DNA of 64,000 bases from NCBI RefSeq assembly GCF_055900595.2, contig NZ_CM148325.1; one strand, given 5' to 3'. The position numbers and the translations under genes are program-made. Below are positions 1-11,078 of this stretch, piece by piece; the stretch's first letter is position 1, and every line of letters starts with the position of its first letter. A model generated the notes under the pieces. That model saw nothing but the letters and a program-made list of their open reading frames with translations. It was not told where the DNA came from and searched no databases.

Positions 1-80
1 TCGGCACCGTGTTGCTGGTTGGCGCACTGACCTTTATCCCTGCCCTGGCGCTTGGTCCGGTGGCGGAATATCTCTCCTGA
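1..80 (+). CDS. kdpA: Potassium-transporting ATPase subunit A, 3' end only (starts upstream of window)
   Basis: In-frame C-terminal peptide ...GTVLLVGALTFIPALALGPVAEYLS ending at TGA 78-80, immediately upstream of kdpB; operon context. Confidence 0.8.
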   Translation, partial: GTVLLVGALTFIPALALGPVAEYLS

Positions 81-102
81 TGATATTGAGTGAGCACTGA
101 AT

Positions 103-2151
103 ATGAGTCGTAAACAACTGGCGCTATTCGAACCAACACTTGTCGTTCAGGCGCTGAAAGAAGCGGTGAAAAAATTAAACCCGCAGGCGCAATGGCGCAA
201 TCCGGTGATGTTTATCGTCTGGATCGGCAGTCTGTTAACCACCTTTATTAGCATTGCAATGGCAAGCGGCGCGATGCCTGGCAATGCGCTGTTTAGCGCG
301 GCAATTAGCGCATGGCTGTGGGTCACCGTACTGTTCGCTAATTTCGCCGAGGCGCTGGCTGAAGGCCGCAGTAAAGCGCAGGCCAACAGTCTGAAAGGTG
401 TAAAAAAAACCGCCTTTGCCCGCAAACTGCGTGAGCCGAAATATGGCGCTGCGACAGACAAAGTTCCTGCCGATCAACTGCGTAAAGGCGATATTGTGCT
501 GGTTGAAGCGGGCGATATTATCCCCTGCGATGGCGAAGTTATTGAAGGTGGTGCATCGGTCGATGAAAGCGCCATCACTGGGGAATCGGCACCGGTGATC
601 CGTGAATCCGGCGGCGATTTTGCCTCCGTCACCGGCGGCACGCGTATTCTTTCTGACTGGCTGGTGATTGAGTGCAGCGTTAACCCCGGTGAGACATTTC
701 TGGATCGGATGATCGCGATGGTGGAAGGCGCACAGCGACGCAAAACGCCGAACGAGATTGCCCTGACCATCCTGCTGATTGCCCTGACTATCGTCTTTTT
801 ACTGGCAACCGCCACGCTGTGGCCGTTTTCCGCGTGGGGCGGTAATGCAGTCAGTGTAACGGTACTGGTGGCGCTGCTGGTCTGTCTGATTCCAACCACC
901 ATCGGCGGCCTGTTGTCAGCGATCGGCGTCGCCGGAATGAGTCGGATGCTGGGCGCGAATGTGATTGCCACCAGCGGACGCGCCGTTGAAGCGGCGGGTG
1001 ACGTTGACGTTCTGTTGCTGGATAAAACTGGCACCATCACCCTCGGTAACCGTCAGGCATCAGAGTTTATCCCCGCGCAGGGCGTAGAGGAAAAAACGCT
1101 GGCCGACGCAGCACAACTGGCTTCGCTGGCCGACGAAACGCCGGAAGGCCGCAGTATTGTGATCCTCGCCAAGCAGCGTTTTAACCTGCGCGAGCGCGAT
1201 GTGCAGTCGCTTCACGCCACTTTTGTACCGTTTACTGCGCAAAGTCGAATGAGCGGGATCAATATCGACAACCGTATGATCCGTAAAGGTTCTGTCGATG
1301 CCATTCGCCGCCATATTGAAGCTAACGGTGGTCACTTCCCTGCCGATGTCGATCAAAAAGTCGATCAGGTTGCGCGTCAGGGGGCCACGCCTCTGGTAGT
1401 GGTGGAAGGTTCCCGCGTGCTGGGCGTTATTGCGCTGAAAGATATCGTCAAAGGCGGCATTAAAGAGCGCTTCGCCCAGCTGCGCCAAATGGGCATAAAA
1501 ACGGTGATGATTACTGGCGATAACCGTCTGACTGCCGCCGCCATTGCCGCGGAAGCGGGCGTCGATGATTTTCTCGCTGAAGCGACACCGGAGGCCAAGC
1601 TGGCGTTAATTCGTCAGTATCAGGCGGAAGGCCGTTTGGTGGCGATGACCGGCGACGGCACCAACGATGCTCCGGCGCTGGCGCAGGCCGATGTCGCGGT
1701 GGCGATGAACTCCGGCACTCAGGCGGCGAAAGAAGCGGGCAATATGGTGGATCTCGACTCTAACCCGACCAAGTTGATCGAGGTGGTGCATATTGGCAAA
1801 CAGATGCTGATGACCCGTGGCTCGCTGACCACCTTCAGCATTGCCAACGATGTGGCGAAATACTTCGCCATTATTCCGGCGGCGTTCGCGGCAACGTATC
1901 CGCAGTTAAATGCGCTGAACATCATGCGCCTGCATTCGCCCGACTCCGCCATTCTCAGTGCGGTCATTTTCAACGCCTTGATTATCGTCTTTTTGATTCC
2001 CCTGGCGTTAAAAGGCGTGAGTTATAAACCGCTTACCGCTTCTGCCATGTTGCGCCGTAACTTATGGATTTACGGTCTGGGTGGGCTGCTGGTGCCGTTT
2101 ATTGGTATCAAAGTCATTGATTTACTGCTGACCGTTTGCGGTCTGGTGTGA
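103..2151 (+). CDS. kdpB: Potassium-transporting P-type ATPase subunit B
   Basis: 682-aa ORF beginning [11 protein letters not shown] with P-type ATPase motifs ([19 protein letters not shown]); followed by kdpC/D/E. Confidence 0.97.
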   Translation: MSRKQLALFEPTLVVQALKEAVKKLNPQAQWRNPVMFIVWIGSLLTTFISIAMASGAMPGNALFSAAISAWLWVTVLFANFAEALAEGRSKAQANSLKGVKKTAFARKLREPKYGAATDKVPADQLRKGDIVLVEAGDIIPCDGEVIEGGASVDESAITGESAPVIRESGGDFASVTGGTRILSDWLVIECSVNPGETFLDRMIAMVEGAQRRKTPNEIALTILLIALTIVFLLATATLWPFSAWGGNAVSVTVLVALLVCLIPTTIGGLLSAIGVAGMSRMLGANVIATSGRAVEAAGDVDVLLLDKTGTITLGNRQASEFIPAQGVEEKTLADAAQLASLADETPEGRSIVILAKQRFNLRERDVQSLHATFVPFTAQSRMSGINIDNRMIRKGSVDAIRRHIEANGGHFPADVDQKVDQVARQGATPLVVVEGSRVLGVIALKDIVKGGIKERFAQLRQMGIKTVMITGDNRLTAAAIAAEAGVDDFLAEATPEAKLALIRQYQAEGRLVAMTGDGTNDAPALAQADVAVAMNSGTQAAKEAGNMVDLDSNPTKLIEVVHIGKQMLMTRGSLTTFSIANDVAKYFAIIPAAFAATYPQLNALNIMRLHSPDSAILSAVIFNALIIVFLIPLALKGVSYKPLTASAMLRRNLWIYGLGGLLVPFIGIKVIDLLLTVCGLV

Positions 2152-2159
2152 GGTTTACC

Positions 2160-2732
2160 ATGCGTGGATTACGTCCGGCATTATCAACATTTCTCTTTTT
2201 GTTACTGATTACTGGCGGTGTTTACCCGCTGCTGACCACCGCGCTGGGGCAATGGTGGTTTCCCTGGCAGGCCAATGGTTCGTTGATTCGCGAAGGTGAT
2301 ACGGTGCGCGGCTCGGCATTAATCGGGCAGAATTTTACCGGCAACGGCTATTTTCATGGTCGCCCGTCGGCAACGGCAGAAATGCCCTATAATCCACAGG
2401 CTTCTGGCGGGAGCAATCTGGCGGTCAGTAACCCTGAGCTGGATAAACAAATCGCTGCACGCGTTGCCGTATTACGGGCTGCTAACCCGGATGCCAGCAC
2501 GAACGTTCCGGTTGAACTGGTGACGGCGTCGGCAAGCGGGCTGGACAATAATATTACCCCGCAAGCGGCGGTCTGGCAGATTCCTCGCGTGGCGAAAGCG
2601 CGTAATCTCAGCGTTGAACAGCTCACGCAGCTGATCGCAAAATACAGCCAACAACCGCTGGTGAAATATATCGGCCAGCCGGTCGTCAACATTGTCGAAC
2701 TCAATCTGGCGCTGGATAAGCTTGATGAATAA
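2160..2732 (+). CDS. kdpC: Potassium-transporting ATPase subunit C
   Basis: ORF 2136-2732; start placed at the internal Met ([11 protein letters not shown]...) matching the 190-aa KdpC length as recalled; single N-terminal TM helix; 8-nt overlap with kdpD start. Confidence 0.9.
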   Translation: MRGLRPALSTFLFLLLITGGVYPLLTTALGQWWFPWQANGSLIREGDTVRGSALIGQNFTGNGYFHGRPSATAEMPYNPQASGGSNLAVSNPELDKQIAARVAVLRAANPDASTNVPVELVTASASGLDNNITPQAAVWQIPRVAKARNLSVEQLTQLIAKYSQQPLVKYIGQPVVNIVELNLALDKLDE

Positions 2733-5409
2733 CGAACCCTTACGTCCCGACCCCGATCGTCTGCTGGAACAAACTGCCGCGCCGCATCGGGGGAAGCTGA
2801 AAGTTTTTTTCGGTGCCTGTGCAGGCGTCGGGAAGACCTGGGCGATGCTGGCAGAAGCCCAACGACTGCGGGCGCAAGGGCTGGATATTGTGGTTGGCGT
2901 GGTTGAAACTCACGGACGGAAAGATACCGCCGCAATGCTGGAAGGGCTGGCTGTTCTGCCGCTAAAACGCCAGGCGTACCGTGGGCGGCATATCAGCGAG
3001 TTTGATCTCGATGCCGCCCTCGCCCGCCGTCCGGCGCTGATCTTAATGGACGAACTGGCGCACAGTAATGCGCCAGGTTCTCGTCATCCTAAACGCTGGC
3101 AGGACATTGAAGAGCTGCTGGAAGCAGGCATTGATGTTTTCACTACCGTCAACGTTCAGCATCTGGAAAGTCTGAATGATGTGGTCAGTGGCGTCACCGG
3201 AATTCAGGTGCGGGAAACCGTGCCCGATCCCTTTTTTGATGCTGCCGACGACGTAGTGCTGGTGGACTTGCCCCCGGACGATCTGCGTCAACGGCTGAAA
3301 GAAGGCAAAGTCTATATTGCCGGGCAGGCGGAGCGCGCCATTGAACATTTTTTCCGCAAAGGCAATCTGATCGCCCTGCGCGAACTGGCACTGCGCCGTA
3401 CTGCCGATCGCGTAGATGAGCAAATGCGCGCCTGGCGGGGGCATCCTGGCGAAGAGAAAGTCTGGCACACGCGCGACGCGATCCTTTTATGCATCGGGCA
3501 TAACATCGGTAGTGAGAAACTGGTCCGCGCGGCGGCGCGGCTGGCGTCACGGCTGGGTAGCGTCTGGCACGCGGTGTATGTTGAAACCCCTGCCCTGCAT
3601 CGCTTACCGGAGAAAAAACGTCGGGCAATTCTCAGCGCCTTACGTCTGGCGCAGGAGCTGGGCGCGGAGACAGCAACACTTTCTGATCCGGCGGAAGAAA
3701 AAGCCGTAGTGCGTTATGCCCGTGAACATAATCTCGGCAAGATTATTCTCGGTCGCCCGGCCTCACGCCGCTGGTGGCGTCGGGAAACTTTTGCTGACCG
3801 ACTGGCGCGCATCGCCCCCGATCTCGATCAGGTGCTGGTCGCGCTTGATGAACCACCCGCCCGCACGATTAACAACGCGCCGGATAGCCGCTCTTTTAAA
3901 GACAAGTGGCGGGTACAAATTCAGGGATGCGTGGTTGCCGCCGCGTTATGCGCCGTTATCACCTTAATTGCCATGCAATGGCTGATGGCGTTTGATGCCG
4001 CCAACCTGGTGATGCTGTATCTGCTTGGCGTGGTGGTAGTGGCACTGTTTTATGGACGCTGGCCTTCGGTGCTTGCTACCGTCATTAATGTGGTGAGTTT
4101 CGATCTCTTTTTTATCGCCCCACGCGGCACGCTCGCCGTCTCTGATGTGCAGTATCTGCTGACTTTCGCGGTGATGTTAACCGTCGGGCTGGTGATCGGG
4201 AATCTTACTGCTGGCGTACGTTATCAGGCGCGGGTAGCCCGTTACCGCGAGCAACGCACACGACACTTATATGAAATGTCGAAAGCTCTGGCTGTGGGCC
4301 GCAGTCCGCAGGACATCGCCGCCACCAGCGAACAATTTATTGCTTCTACATTTCATGCCCGCAGCCAGGTGTTGTTGCCCGATGACAAAGGTAAATTACA
4401 GCCGTTAACACATCCGCAAGGAATGACGCCGTGGGAAGATGCCATCGCGCAGTGGAGTTTTGATAAAGGCCTGCCTGCGGGCGCGGGCACCGACACGTTA
4501 CCCGGTGTGCCATACCAGATTTTGCCGTTAAAAAGCGGCGAGAAAACCTACGGACTGGTGGTGGTGGAACCGGGGAATCTGCGCCAGTTGATGATCCCGG
4601 AACAGCAACGCCTGCTGGAGACGTTTACGTTGTTAGTCGCCAATGCCCTGGAACGCCTGACGCTGACCGCCAGCGAAGAACAGGCGCGGATGGCAAGCGA
4701 ACGTGAACAGATCCGCAACGCCCTGCTGGCGGCGCTTTCGCACGATTTACGCACGCCGCTTACGGTGCTGTTCGGTCAGGCAGAAATCTTAACGCTCGAT
4801 CTGGCAAGCGAAGGATCGCCCCACGCCCACCAGGCCAGCGAGATTCGTCAGCATGTGCTGAACACGACCCGACTGGTGAATAATCTACTGGATATGGCGC
4901 GAATTCAGTCCGGCGGCTTTAATTTGAAGAAAGAGTGGTTAACGCTGGAAGAAGTGGTCGGCAGCGCGCTGCAAATGCTGGAACCGGGTTTATCGTCGCC
5001 CATCAATCTTTCTCTGCCAGAACCGCTGACCTTAATCCACGTTGACGGGCCACTCTTTGAACGGGTGCTGATTAATCTGCTGGAGAACGCGGTGAAATAC
5101 GCGGGTGCACAGGCCGAAATTGGTATCGATGCCCACGTTGAGGGCGAAAATCTACAACTGGATGTCTGGGATAACGGCCCCGGTCTTCCGCCAGGCCAGG
5201 AGCAGACGATATTCGATAAGTTTGCCCGCGGGAATAAAGAGTCGGCGGTGCCGGGCGTCGGGCTTGGGCTGGCAATTTGTCGGGCGATTGTGGATGTACA
5301 CGGCGGCACCATTACCGCGTTCAACCGACCGGAAGGTGGTGCCTGTTTTCGTGTTACACTTCCCCAGCAAACTGCCCCTGAACTTGAAGAATTTCATGAG
5401 GATATGTGA
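2725..5409 (+). CDS. kdpD: Sensor histidine kinase KdpD
   Basis: ORF 2692-5409; start placed at [16 protein letters not shown] (894 aa); Usp-like N-terminal domain, 4 TM helices, H-box (LSHDLRTPL) and ATPase domain. Confidence 0.95.
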   Translation: MNNEPLRPDPDRLLEQTAAPHRGKLKVFFGACAGVGKTWAMLAEAQRLRAQGLDIVVGVVETHGRKDTAAMLEGLAVLPLKRQAYRGRHISEFDLDAALARRPALILMDELAHSNAPGSRHPKRWQDIEELLEAGIDVFTTVNVQHLESLNDVVSGVTGIQVRETVPDPFFDAADDVVLVDLPPDDLRQRLKEGKVYIAGQAERAIEHFFRKGNLIALRELALRRTADRVDEQMRAWRGHPGEEKVWHTRDAILLCIGHNIGSEKLVRAAARLASRLGSVWHAVYVETPALHRLPEKKRRAILSALRLAQELGAETATLSDPAEEKAVVRYAREHNLGKIILGRPASRRWWRRETFADRLARIAPDLDQVLVALDEPPARTINNAPDSRSFKDKWRVQIQGCVVAAALCAVITLIAMQWLMAFDAANLVMLYLLGVVVVALFYGRWPSVLATVINVVSFDLFFIAPRGTLAVSDVQYLLTFAVMLTVGLVIGNLTAGVRYQARVARYREQRTRHLYEMSKALAVGRSPQDIAATSEQFIASTFHARSQVLLPDDKGKLQPLTHPQGMTPWEDAIAQWSFDKGLPAGAGTDTLPGVPYQILPLKSGEKTYGLVVVEPGNLRQLMIPEQQRLLETFTLLVANALERLTLTASEEQARMASEREQIRNALLAALSHDLRTPLTVLFGQAEILTLDLASEGSPHAHQASEIRQHVLNTTRLVNNLLDMARIQSGGFNLKKEWLTLEEVVGSALQMLEPGLSSPINLSLPEPLTLIHVDGPLFERVLINLLENAVKYAGAQAEIGIDAHVEGENLQLDVWDNGPGLPPGQEQTIFDKFARGNKESAVPGVGLGLAICRAIVDVHGGTITAFNRPEGGACFRVTLPQQTAPELEEFHEDM

Positions 5410-6083
5410 CAAACGTTCTGATTGTTGAAGATGAACAGGCTATTCGTCGCTTTCTGCGCACGGCGCTGGAGGGTGACGGTATGCGCGTTTTTGAAGCCGA
5501 AACGCTGCAACGGGGGCTGCTGGAAGCGGCAACTCGTAAGCCAGATTTGATTATTCTCGATCTCGGCCTGCCAGACGGTGATGGGATTGAGTTTATCCGC
5601 GACCTGCGCCAGTGGAGCGCGGTGCCGGTGATTGTGCTTTCCGCACGTAGCGAAGAGAGCGACAAAATCGCCGCGCTGGATGCTGGAGCGGATGATTACC
5701 TGAGTAAGCCGTTTGGCATTGGTGAATTGCAGGCCCGTCTGCGCGTTGCTTTACGCCGCCACTCTGCTACCACCGCGCCCGATCCGCGGGTGAAATTTTC
5801 TGATGTTACCGTCGATTTAGCCGCCCGCGTGATTCACCGCAGTGAGGAAGAGGTGCATCTCACCCCGATTGAATTCCGCCTGCTGGCGGTGCTGCTCAAC
5901 AATGCCGGAAAAGTGCTCACCCAGCGCCAGTTACTCATTCAGGTGTGGGGACCAAACGCGGTCGAACACAGCCATTATTTGCGTATTTATATGGGGCATC
6001 TGCGACAAAAACTGGAGCAAGATCCCGCCCGCCCTCGCCATTTTATTACTGAAACCGGTATTGGGTATCGGTTTATGCCATGA
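5406..6083 (+). CDS. kdpE: Response regulator KdpE (OmpR family)
   Basis: 225-aa ORF with a GTG start overlapping the kdpD stop (ATGTGA); receiver domain plus winged-helix domain. Confidence 0.95.
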   Translation: MTNVLIVEDEQAIRRFLRTALEGDGMRVFEAETLQRGLLEAATRKPDLIILDLGLPDGDGIEFIRDLRQWSAVPVIVLSARSEESDKIAALDAGADDYLSKPFGIGELQARLRVALRRHSATTAPDPRVKFSDVTVDLAARVIHRSEEEVHLTPIEFRLLAVLLNNAGKVLTQRQLLIQVWGPNAVEHSHYLRIYMGHLRQKLEQDPARPRHFITETGIGYRFMP

Positions 6084-6128
6084 ATTATTATTCAATAAAT
6101 ACGCTTAACTAATTATTAATTTATTATT

Positions 6129-6170
6129 AAACCTGCCCCGAAAATTATTATTTGGCAGGTTTAATTTCTT
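6129..6170 (+). terminator. Putative intrinsic terminator downstream of kdpE
   Basis: Inverted repeat aaacctgcc...ggcaggttt (9-bp stem) in an AT-rich region after the kdpE stop; the loop is long (about 16 nt), so it is weak. Confidence 0.35.
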
Positions 6171-6357
6171 AATGAAAATATAACCTACGAAATTGCAACA
6201 TTTAAACAACAAAACAGCATCTAATATGGCGCTATTCATAATTAACGATTTATTATTTGGGGTGTGATCGTTTTTTGTTGATCTTCTTCACAGTTTATAG
6301 CCTTTTCATGGATAGAATAACTCTACCTTCAACTGACACAGCAAAAGGTAAAGGTAA

Positions 6358-6462
6358 ATGGAAAATAATAACCGCTTAATGCCTCATATAAGGCGGACAA
6401 CCCATATCATGAAGTTTGCCCATCGTAATAGTTTTGACTTTCATTTCTTTAATGCCCGTTAG
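6358..6462 (+). CDS. speFL: Leader (arrest) peptide of the speF operon, 34 codons
   Basis: Small ORF read directly: MENNNRLMPHIRRTTHIMKFAHRNSFDFHFFNAR, stop TAG at 6460-6462, about 300 nt upstream of speF. Matches the SpeFL ornithine-sensing arrest peptide as I recall it. Below the ORF-track length cutoff. Confidence 0.8.
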   Translation: MENNNRLMPHIRRTTHIMKFAHRNSFDFHFFNAR

Positions 6463-6772
6463 TCTTCTGACTAAAGGGCACCCCAGCGTACAGGTCTCCC
6501 TGACTTTAAGCATTACAGGTTAATACCTGTATCCCTCGGTGCTCATATACTGCTAACCCTTTTAAACTCTAAATAATTCAAGTCGCAGCACTAGCAACTT
6601 GAAGTATGACGAGTATAGCCAGTTACCGGGCTGGTCTGGGTTATTGCATCTGCAAAAAGCAAACTACTGATTTATTTATCAGCGGTGGAGTTTTGCTTTT
6701 TTTCCGGCGTGATCGATTTCTCCTCTGAGAAATTGAGGACCTGCTATTACCTGAAATAAAGAGATGAACAAA

Positions 6773-8971
6773 ATGTCAGAATTAAAAATTGCCGTTAGTC
6801 GTTCTTGCCCGGATTGTTTTTCCACTCATCGTGCATGCGTGAATATTGACGAAAGTAATTATATTGACGTTGCCGCCATTATTTTATCAGTCAATGATGT
6901 TGAACGTGGAAAACTCGATGAAATAGACGCTACTGGCTATGGCATTCCTGTTTTTATTGCAACGGAAAATGAAGAACGTGTACCAGCAGAATATCTGCCA
7001 CGTATTACTGGTGTCTTCGAGCATTGTGAATCACGGAAAGAATTTTACGGACGTCAGTTAGAAACCGCTGCCAGCCATTATGAAACGCAGTTGCGCCCGC
7101 CCTTCTTCCGCGCACTGGTCGATTATGTCAATCAGGGCAATAGCGCTTTTGACTGCCCGGGTCATCAGGGGGGTGAGTTTTTCCGTCGCCATCCGGCAGG
7201 CAATCAGTTCGTGGAATATTTTGGTGAAATGCTCTTCCGCTCCGACTTGTGTAATGCCGACGTAGCAATGGGCGATCTACTGATTCATGAAGGTGCGCCA
7301 TGCATTGCACAGCAACATGCGGCTAAAGTGTTTAATGCCGATAAAACGTACTTTGTTTTAAACGGCACCTCCTCTTCCAACAAAGTGGTTTTAAACGCCC
7401 TGCTAACACCGGGTGATCTGGTGCTGTTTGACCGCAATAACCATAAGTCTAACCACCACGGGGCCTTGCTACAGGCTGGTGCAACACCGGTTTATCTGGA
7501 AACAGCACGTAACCCGTATGGTTTTATCGGTGGTATTGATGCGCACTGCTTCGAAGAAAGTTATCTGCGTGAACTGATTAGAGAAGTTGCACCGCAACGG
7601 GCAAAAGAGGCGCGTCCGTTCCGCCTCGCTGTGATTCAGTTAGGCACCTACGACGGTACTATTTATAACGCCCGCCAGGTGGTGGATAAAATCGGTCATC
7701 TGTGTGACTACATCCTGTTTGACTCAGCATGGGTCGGCTATGAACAGTTTATTCCGATGATGGCGGACTGTTCGCCGCTGCTACTGGAGCTTAATGAGAA
7801 CGATCCGGGTATTCTGGTTACGCAATCTGTACATAAGCAGCAGGCTGGTTTTTCTCAGACTTCACAAATTCATAAAAAAGACAGCCATATCAAAGGGCAA
7901 CAGCGTTATGTCCCGCACAAACGCATGAACAACGCCTTTATGATGCACGCCTCCACCAGCCCGTTCTATCCGCTGTTTGCCGCACTGGATATTAACGCCA
8001 AAATGCATGAAGGTGTCAGCGGTCGTAATATGTGGATGGATTGTGTGGTTAACGGTATTAATGCCCGCAAATTGATCCTCGATAACTGTCAGCACATTCG
8101 TCCGTTCGTTCCTGAACTGGTGGATGGTAAACCCTGGCAATCGTATGAAACAGCGCAAATTGCGGTTGATCTGCGCTTCTTTAAATTTGTACCCGGTGAG
8201 CACTGGCATTCTTTTGAAGGTTACGCAGAGAACCAATACTTTGTCGATCCGTGCAAACTGTTGCTGACAACTCCTGGCATTGATGCACGTAACGGCGAAT
8301 ATGAAGCATTCGGTGTACCCGCGACGATTCTTGCTAACTTCCTGCGCGAAAATGGCGTAGTGCCGGAAAAATGCGATCTTAACTCCATCCTCTTCCTGCT
8401 GACTCCGGCAGAAGATATGGCCAAACTGCAGCAACTTGTTGCCCTGCTGGTACGCTTCGAAAAACTACTGGAAGCTGATGCGCCTCTGGCGGAAGTATTG
8501 CCTTCCATCTACAAACAGCATGAAGAGCGCTACGCCGGTTATACCCTGCGTCAGTTGTGCCAGGAAATGCATGATTTGTATGCCCGTCACAACGTGAAAC
8601 AACTGCAAAAAGAGATGTTCCGTAAGGAACACTTCCCACGCGTCAGCATGAATCCACAGGAAGCCAACTATGCCTACTTACGCGGTGAAGTGGAATTGGT
8701 TCGTCTGCCGGATGCAGAAGGCCGTATCGCAGCCGAAGGTGCGCTTCCTTATCCTCCGGGTGTGCTGTGTGTTGTTCCGGGTGAAATCTGGGGTGGTGCT
8801 GTTCTGCATTACTTCAGCGCTCTGGAAGAAGGGATCAACCTGCTGCCAGGTTTTGCACCGGAGCTGCAGGGTGTCTATATCGAAGAACATGATGGTCGTA
8901 AGCAAGTTTGGTGCTATGTCATCAAGCCTCGTGATGCGCAAAGCACCCTGTTGAAAGGGGAAAAATTATGA
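6773..8971 (+). CDS. speF: Inducible ornithine decarboxylase
   Basis: ORF 6764-8971 (735 aa); PLP-dependent Orn/Lys/Arg decarboxylase family. Start at MSELKIAV (6773) preferred over 6764; the choice is uncertain. Confidence 0.93.
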   Translation: MSELKIAVSRSCPDCFSTHRACVNIDESNYIDVAAIILSVNDVERGKLDEIDATGYGIPVFIATENEERVPAEYLPRITGVFEHCESRKEFYGRQLETAASHYETQLRPPFFRALVDYVNQGNSAFDCPGHQGGEFFRRHPAGNQFVEYFGEMLFRSDLCNADVAMGDLLIHEGAPCIAQQHAAKVFNADKTYFVLNGTSSSNKVVLNALLTPGDLVLFDRNNHKSNHHGALLQAGATPVYLETARNPYGFIGGIDAHCFEESYLRELIREVAPQRAKEARPFRLAVIQLGTYDGTIYNARQVVDKIGHLCDYILFDSAWVGYEQFIPMMADCSPLLLELNENDPGILVTQSVHKQQAGFSQTSQIHKKDSHIKGQQRYVPHKRMNNAFMMHASTSPFYPLFAALDINAKMHEGVSGRNMWMDCVVNGINARKLILDNCQHIRPFVPELVDGKPWQSYETAQIAVDLRFFKFVPGEHWHSFEGYAENQYFVDPCKLLLTTPGIDARNGEYEAFGVPATILANFLRENGVVPEKCDLNSILFLLTPAEDMAKLQQLVALLVRFEKLLEADAPLAEVLPSIYKQHEERYAGYTLRQLCQEMHDLYARHNVKQLQKEMFRKEHFPRVSMNPQEANYAYLRGEVELVRLPDAEGRIAAEGALPYPPGVLCVVPGEIWGGAVLHYFSALEEGINLLPGFAPELQGVYIEEHDGRKQVWCYVIKPRDAQSTLLKGEKL

Positions 8972-10287
8972 GTCAGGCTAAATCGAACAAAATGGGCGTC
9001 GTTCAGTTAACCATACTGACGATGGTCAACATGATGGGCTCCGGCATCATCATGCTGCCGACAAAGCTTGCCGAAGTTGGGACAATCTCAATAATCTCCT
9101 GGTTGGTGACAGCCGTAGGCTCAATGGCGCTGGCATGGGCATTCGCAAAATGCGGTATGTTCAGCCGTAAATCAGGCGGTATGGGCGGTTATGCCGAGTA
9201 TGCTTTCGGTAAATCCGGTAACTTTATGGCGAACTATACCTACGGCGTCTCGCTGCTGATTGCTAACGTGGCGATTGCTATTTCGGCAGTTGGTTACGGC
9301 ACCGAACTGCTCGGCGCGAGTTTGTCACCAGTGCAGATTGGTCTGGCAACCATCGGAGTGCTGTGGATTTGTACCGTGGCTAACTTTGGTGGTGCGCGCA
9401 TTACCGGGCAAATCAGTAGCATTACCGTGTGGGGGGTCATTATTCCGGTGGTAGGCCTGTGCGTTATCGGCTGGTTCTGGTTTAGCCCGACACTTTACGT
9501 TGATTCCTGGAATCCGCATCATGCACCGTTCTTCAGTGCGGTAGGTTCTTCCATCGCCATGACGCTGTGGGCTTTTCTTGGTCTGGAGTCTGCGTGTGCG
9601 AATACTGATGTAGTGGAAAACCCGGAACGTAATGTGCCAATCGCGGTACTCGGCGGTACGTTAGGTGCGGCGGTGATTTATATCGTCTCCACCAACGTGA
9701 TTGCCGGGATTGTGCCCAATATGGAGCTGGCAAATTCAACGGCACCATTTGGTCTGGCCTTCGCGCAAATGTTCACACCGGAAGTGGGTAAAGTCATTAT
9801 GGCGCTGATGGTGATGTCCTGCTGCGGTTCACTGCTTGGCTGGCAGTTCACCATTGCCCAGGTGTTTAAATCTTCATCTGATGAAGGCTACTTCCCTAAA
9901 ATTTTCTCCCGTGTAACCAAAGTGGATGCACCGGTTCAGGGGATGTTGACCATTGTGATTATTCAGAGTGGATTGGCACTGATGACCATTAGCCCGTCAC
10001 TGAACAGCCAGTTCAACGTGCTGGTTAACCTGGCCGTGGTGACCAATATCATCCCATATATTCTGTCGATGGCGGCATTAGTCATTATTCAGAAGGTCGC
10101 CAATGTGCCACCATCAAAAGCGAAAGTAGCAAACTTTGTTGCCTTTGTTGGTGCGATGTACAGTTTCTATGCGCTGTACTCATCCGGGGAAGAAGCCATG
10201 CTGTACGGTTCCATCGTGACTTTCCTTGGTTGGACACTGTATGGTCTGGTATCACCACGCTTTGAACTGAAAAACAAACACGGTTAA
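8968..10287 (+). CDS. potE: Putrescine:ornithine antiporter
   Basis: 439-aa polytopic membrane ORF (APC family), start overlapping the speF stop (ATGA). Confidence 0.95.
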   Translation: MSQAKSNKMGVVQLTILTMVNMMGSGIIMLPTKLAEVGTISIISWLVTAVGSMALAWAFAKCGMFSRKSGGMGGYAEYAFGKSGNFMANYTYGVSLLIANVAIAISAVGYGTELLGASLSPVQIGLATIGVLWICTVANFGGARITGQISSITVWGVIIPVVGLCVIGWFWFSPTLYVDSWNPHHAPFFSAVGSSIAMTLWAFLGLESACANTDVVENPERNVPIAVLGGTLGAAVIYIVSTNVIAGIVPNMELANSTAPFGLAFAQMFTPEVGKVIMALMVMSCCGSLLGWQFTIAQVFKSSSDEGYFPKIFSRVTKVDAPVQGMLTIVIIQSGLALMTISPSLNSQFNVLVNLAVVTNIIPYILSMAALVIIQKVANVPPSKAKVANFVAFVGAMYSFYALYSSGEEAMLYGSIVTFLGWTLYGLVSPRFELKNKHG

Positions 10288-10305
10288 AAAAAGCGAAATA
10301 AATAT

Positions 10306-10330
10306 CCTCCGGCATAGCCGGAGGTTTTTC
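10306..10330 (+). terminator. Intrinsic terminator after potE
   Basis: cctccggc-ata-gccggagg hairpin followed by tttttc, about 20 nt after the potE stop. Confidence 0.7.
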
Positions 10331-11050
10331 AAATGCGCCTGTAAGGCTCTGTTACCAGCCGCGCCCTAACAGGCGCATACGATCTGACATTTGCATTCAA
10401 CTTCGTTACTTACGGCCCGTAAACGGGCTGCCCGGATATGGAATCGATAACTGCTCCCCCATTTTATCCTCTTCAAGCTGGTGCTTTATGTAGTCCTGTA
10501 TCTTCGCCGTGTTCTTACCCACCGTATCGACATAGTACCCTCGGCACCAGAACTCCCTGTTTCTGTATTTGAATTTCAAATCCCCAAACTGCTCGTAAAG
10601 CATCAGACTGCTTTTCCCTTTCAGATATCCCATAAAGCCGGATACGCTCATTTTGGGTGGGATTTCCACAAGCATATGGATATGATCTGCGCAGCACTCT
10701 GCTTCCAGAATCCGTACGCTTTTCCACTCACACAGCTTTCTCAAAATACTGCCTATCGCCCTACGCTTCTCTCCGTAAAACGCCAGTCTTCGGTATTTCG
10801 GCGCAAAAACTATGTGATATTTACAGTTCCAGCGGGTGTGCGCTAAGCTCTTTTCGTCCCCCATTGGGACCCCCTTTTGATTTCTTGTTTGACACTTGCA
10901 GTTGCCAGACCGCAAGGTGTTTTAACAAATCAAAAGGGGTTTTAATAACTGGCTCAAAGCTGAAAGCTTTCCGGAACCCCCAGCCTAGCTGGGGGTTTTC
11001 TGTGCACAAAAAAAGGGCGATTGAATGATCGCCCTTTCTGTTTGTTGACA
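10330..11050 (-). mobile_element. IS200-like insertion sequence (IS200/IS605 family); ends approximate
   Basis: Contains a Y1 transposase gene (HTRWNCKYHIVFAPKYRR motif) flanked by hairpins: cccccagc-cta-gctggggg at about 10978-10998 and a stem followed by a T-run on the minus strand at about 11012-11045. Size (about 0.7 kb) is consistent with IS200. Exact ends not determinable by eye. Confidence 0.75.
10406..10864 (-). CDS. tnpA: IS200/IS605-family Y1 (HUH) transposase TnpA
   Basis: ORF 10406-10915; start placed at MGDEKSLAHTRWNCKYHIVFAPKYRR (152 aa). Contains the HxH motif (ADHIHMLVEIPP) and a C-terminal region typical of IS200 TnpA. Confidence 0.9.
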   Translation of the reverse strand: MGDEKSLAHTRWNCKYHIVFAPKYRRLAFYGEKRRAIGSILRKLCEWKSVRILEAECCADHIHMLVEIPPKMSVSGFMGYLKGKSSLMLYEQFGDLKFKYRNREFWCRGYYVDTVGKNTAKIQDYIKHQLEEDKMGEQLSIPYPGSPFTGRK

Positions 11051-11078
11051 AAGAGTTCGTTATTTATGCCGCATCCGG

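Noticed and set aside
474-1040. 188-codon minus-strand ORF inside kdpB
   Set aside because: Ser/Thr/Pro/Ala-rich antisense translation within a conserved P-type ATPase gene; not credible.
5842-6108. 88-codon ORF overlapping the kdpE 3' end
   Set aside because: Alternative frame of kdpE running into the AT-rich terminator region; no ribosome-binding site and no conservation expected.
11012-11045. Hairpin first read as a plus-strand terminator for an unannotated gene
   Set aside because: The T-run is longer on the minus strand and the structure sits at the outer edge of the IS200-like element, so it is better explained as the element's end-proximal read-through-blocking hairpin.
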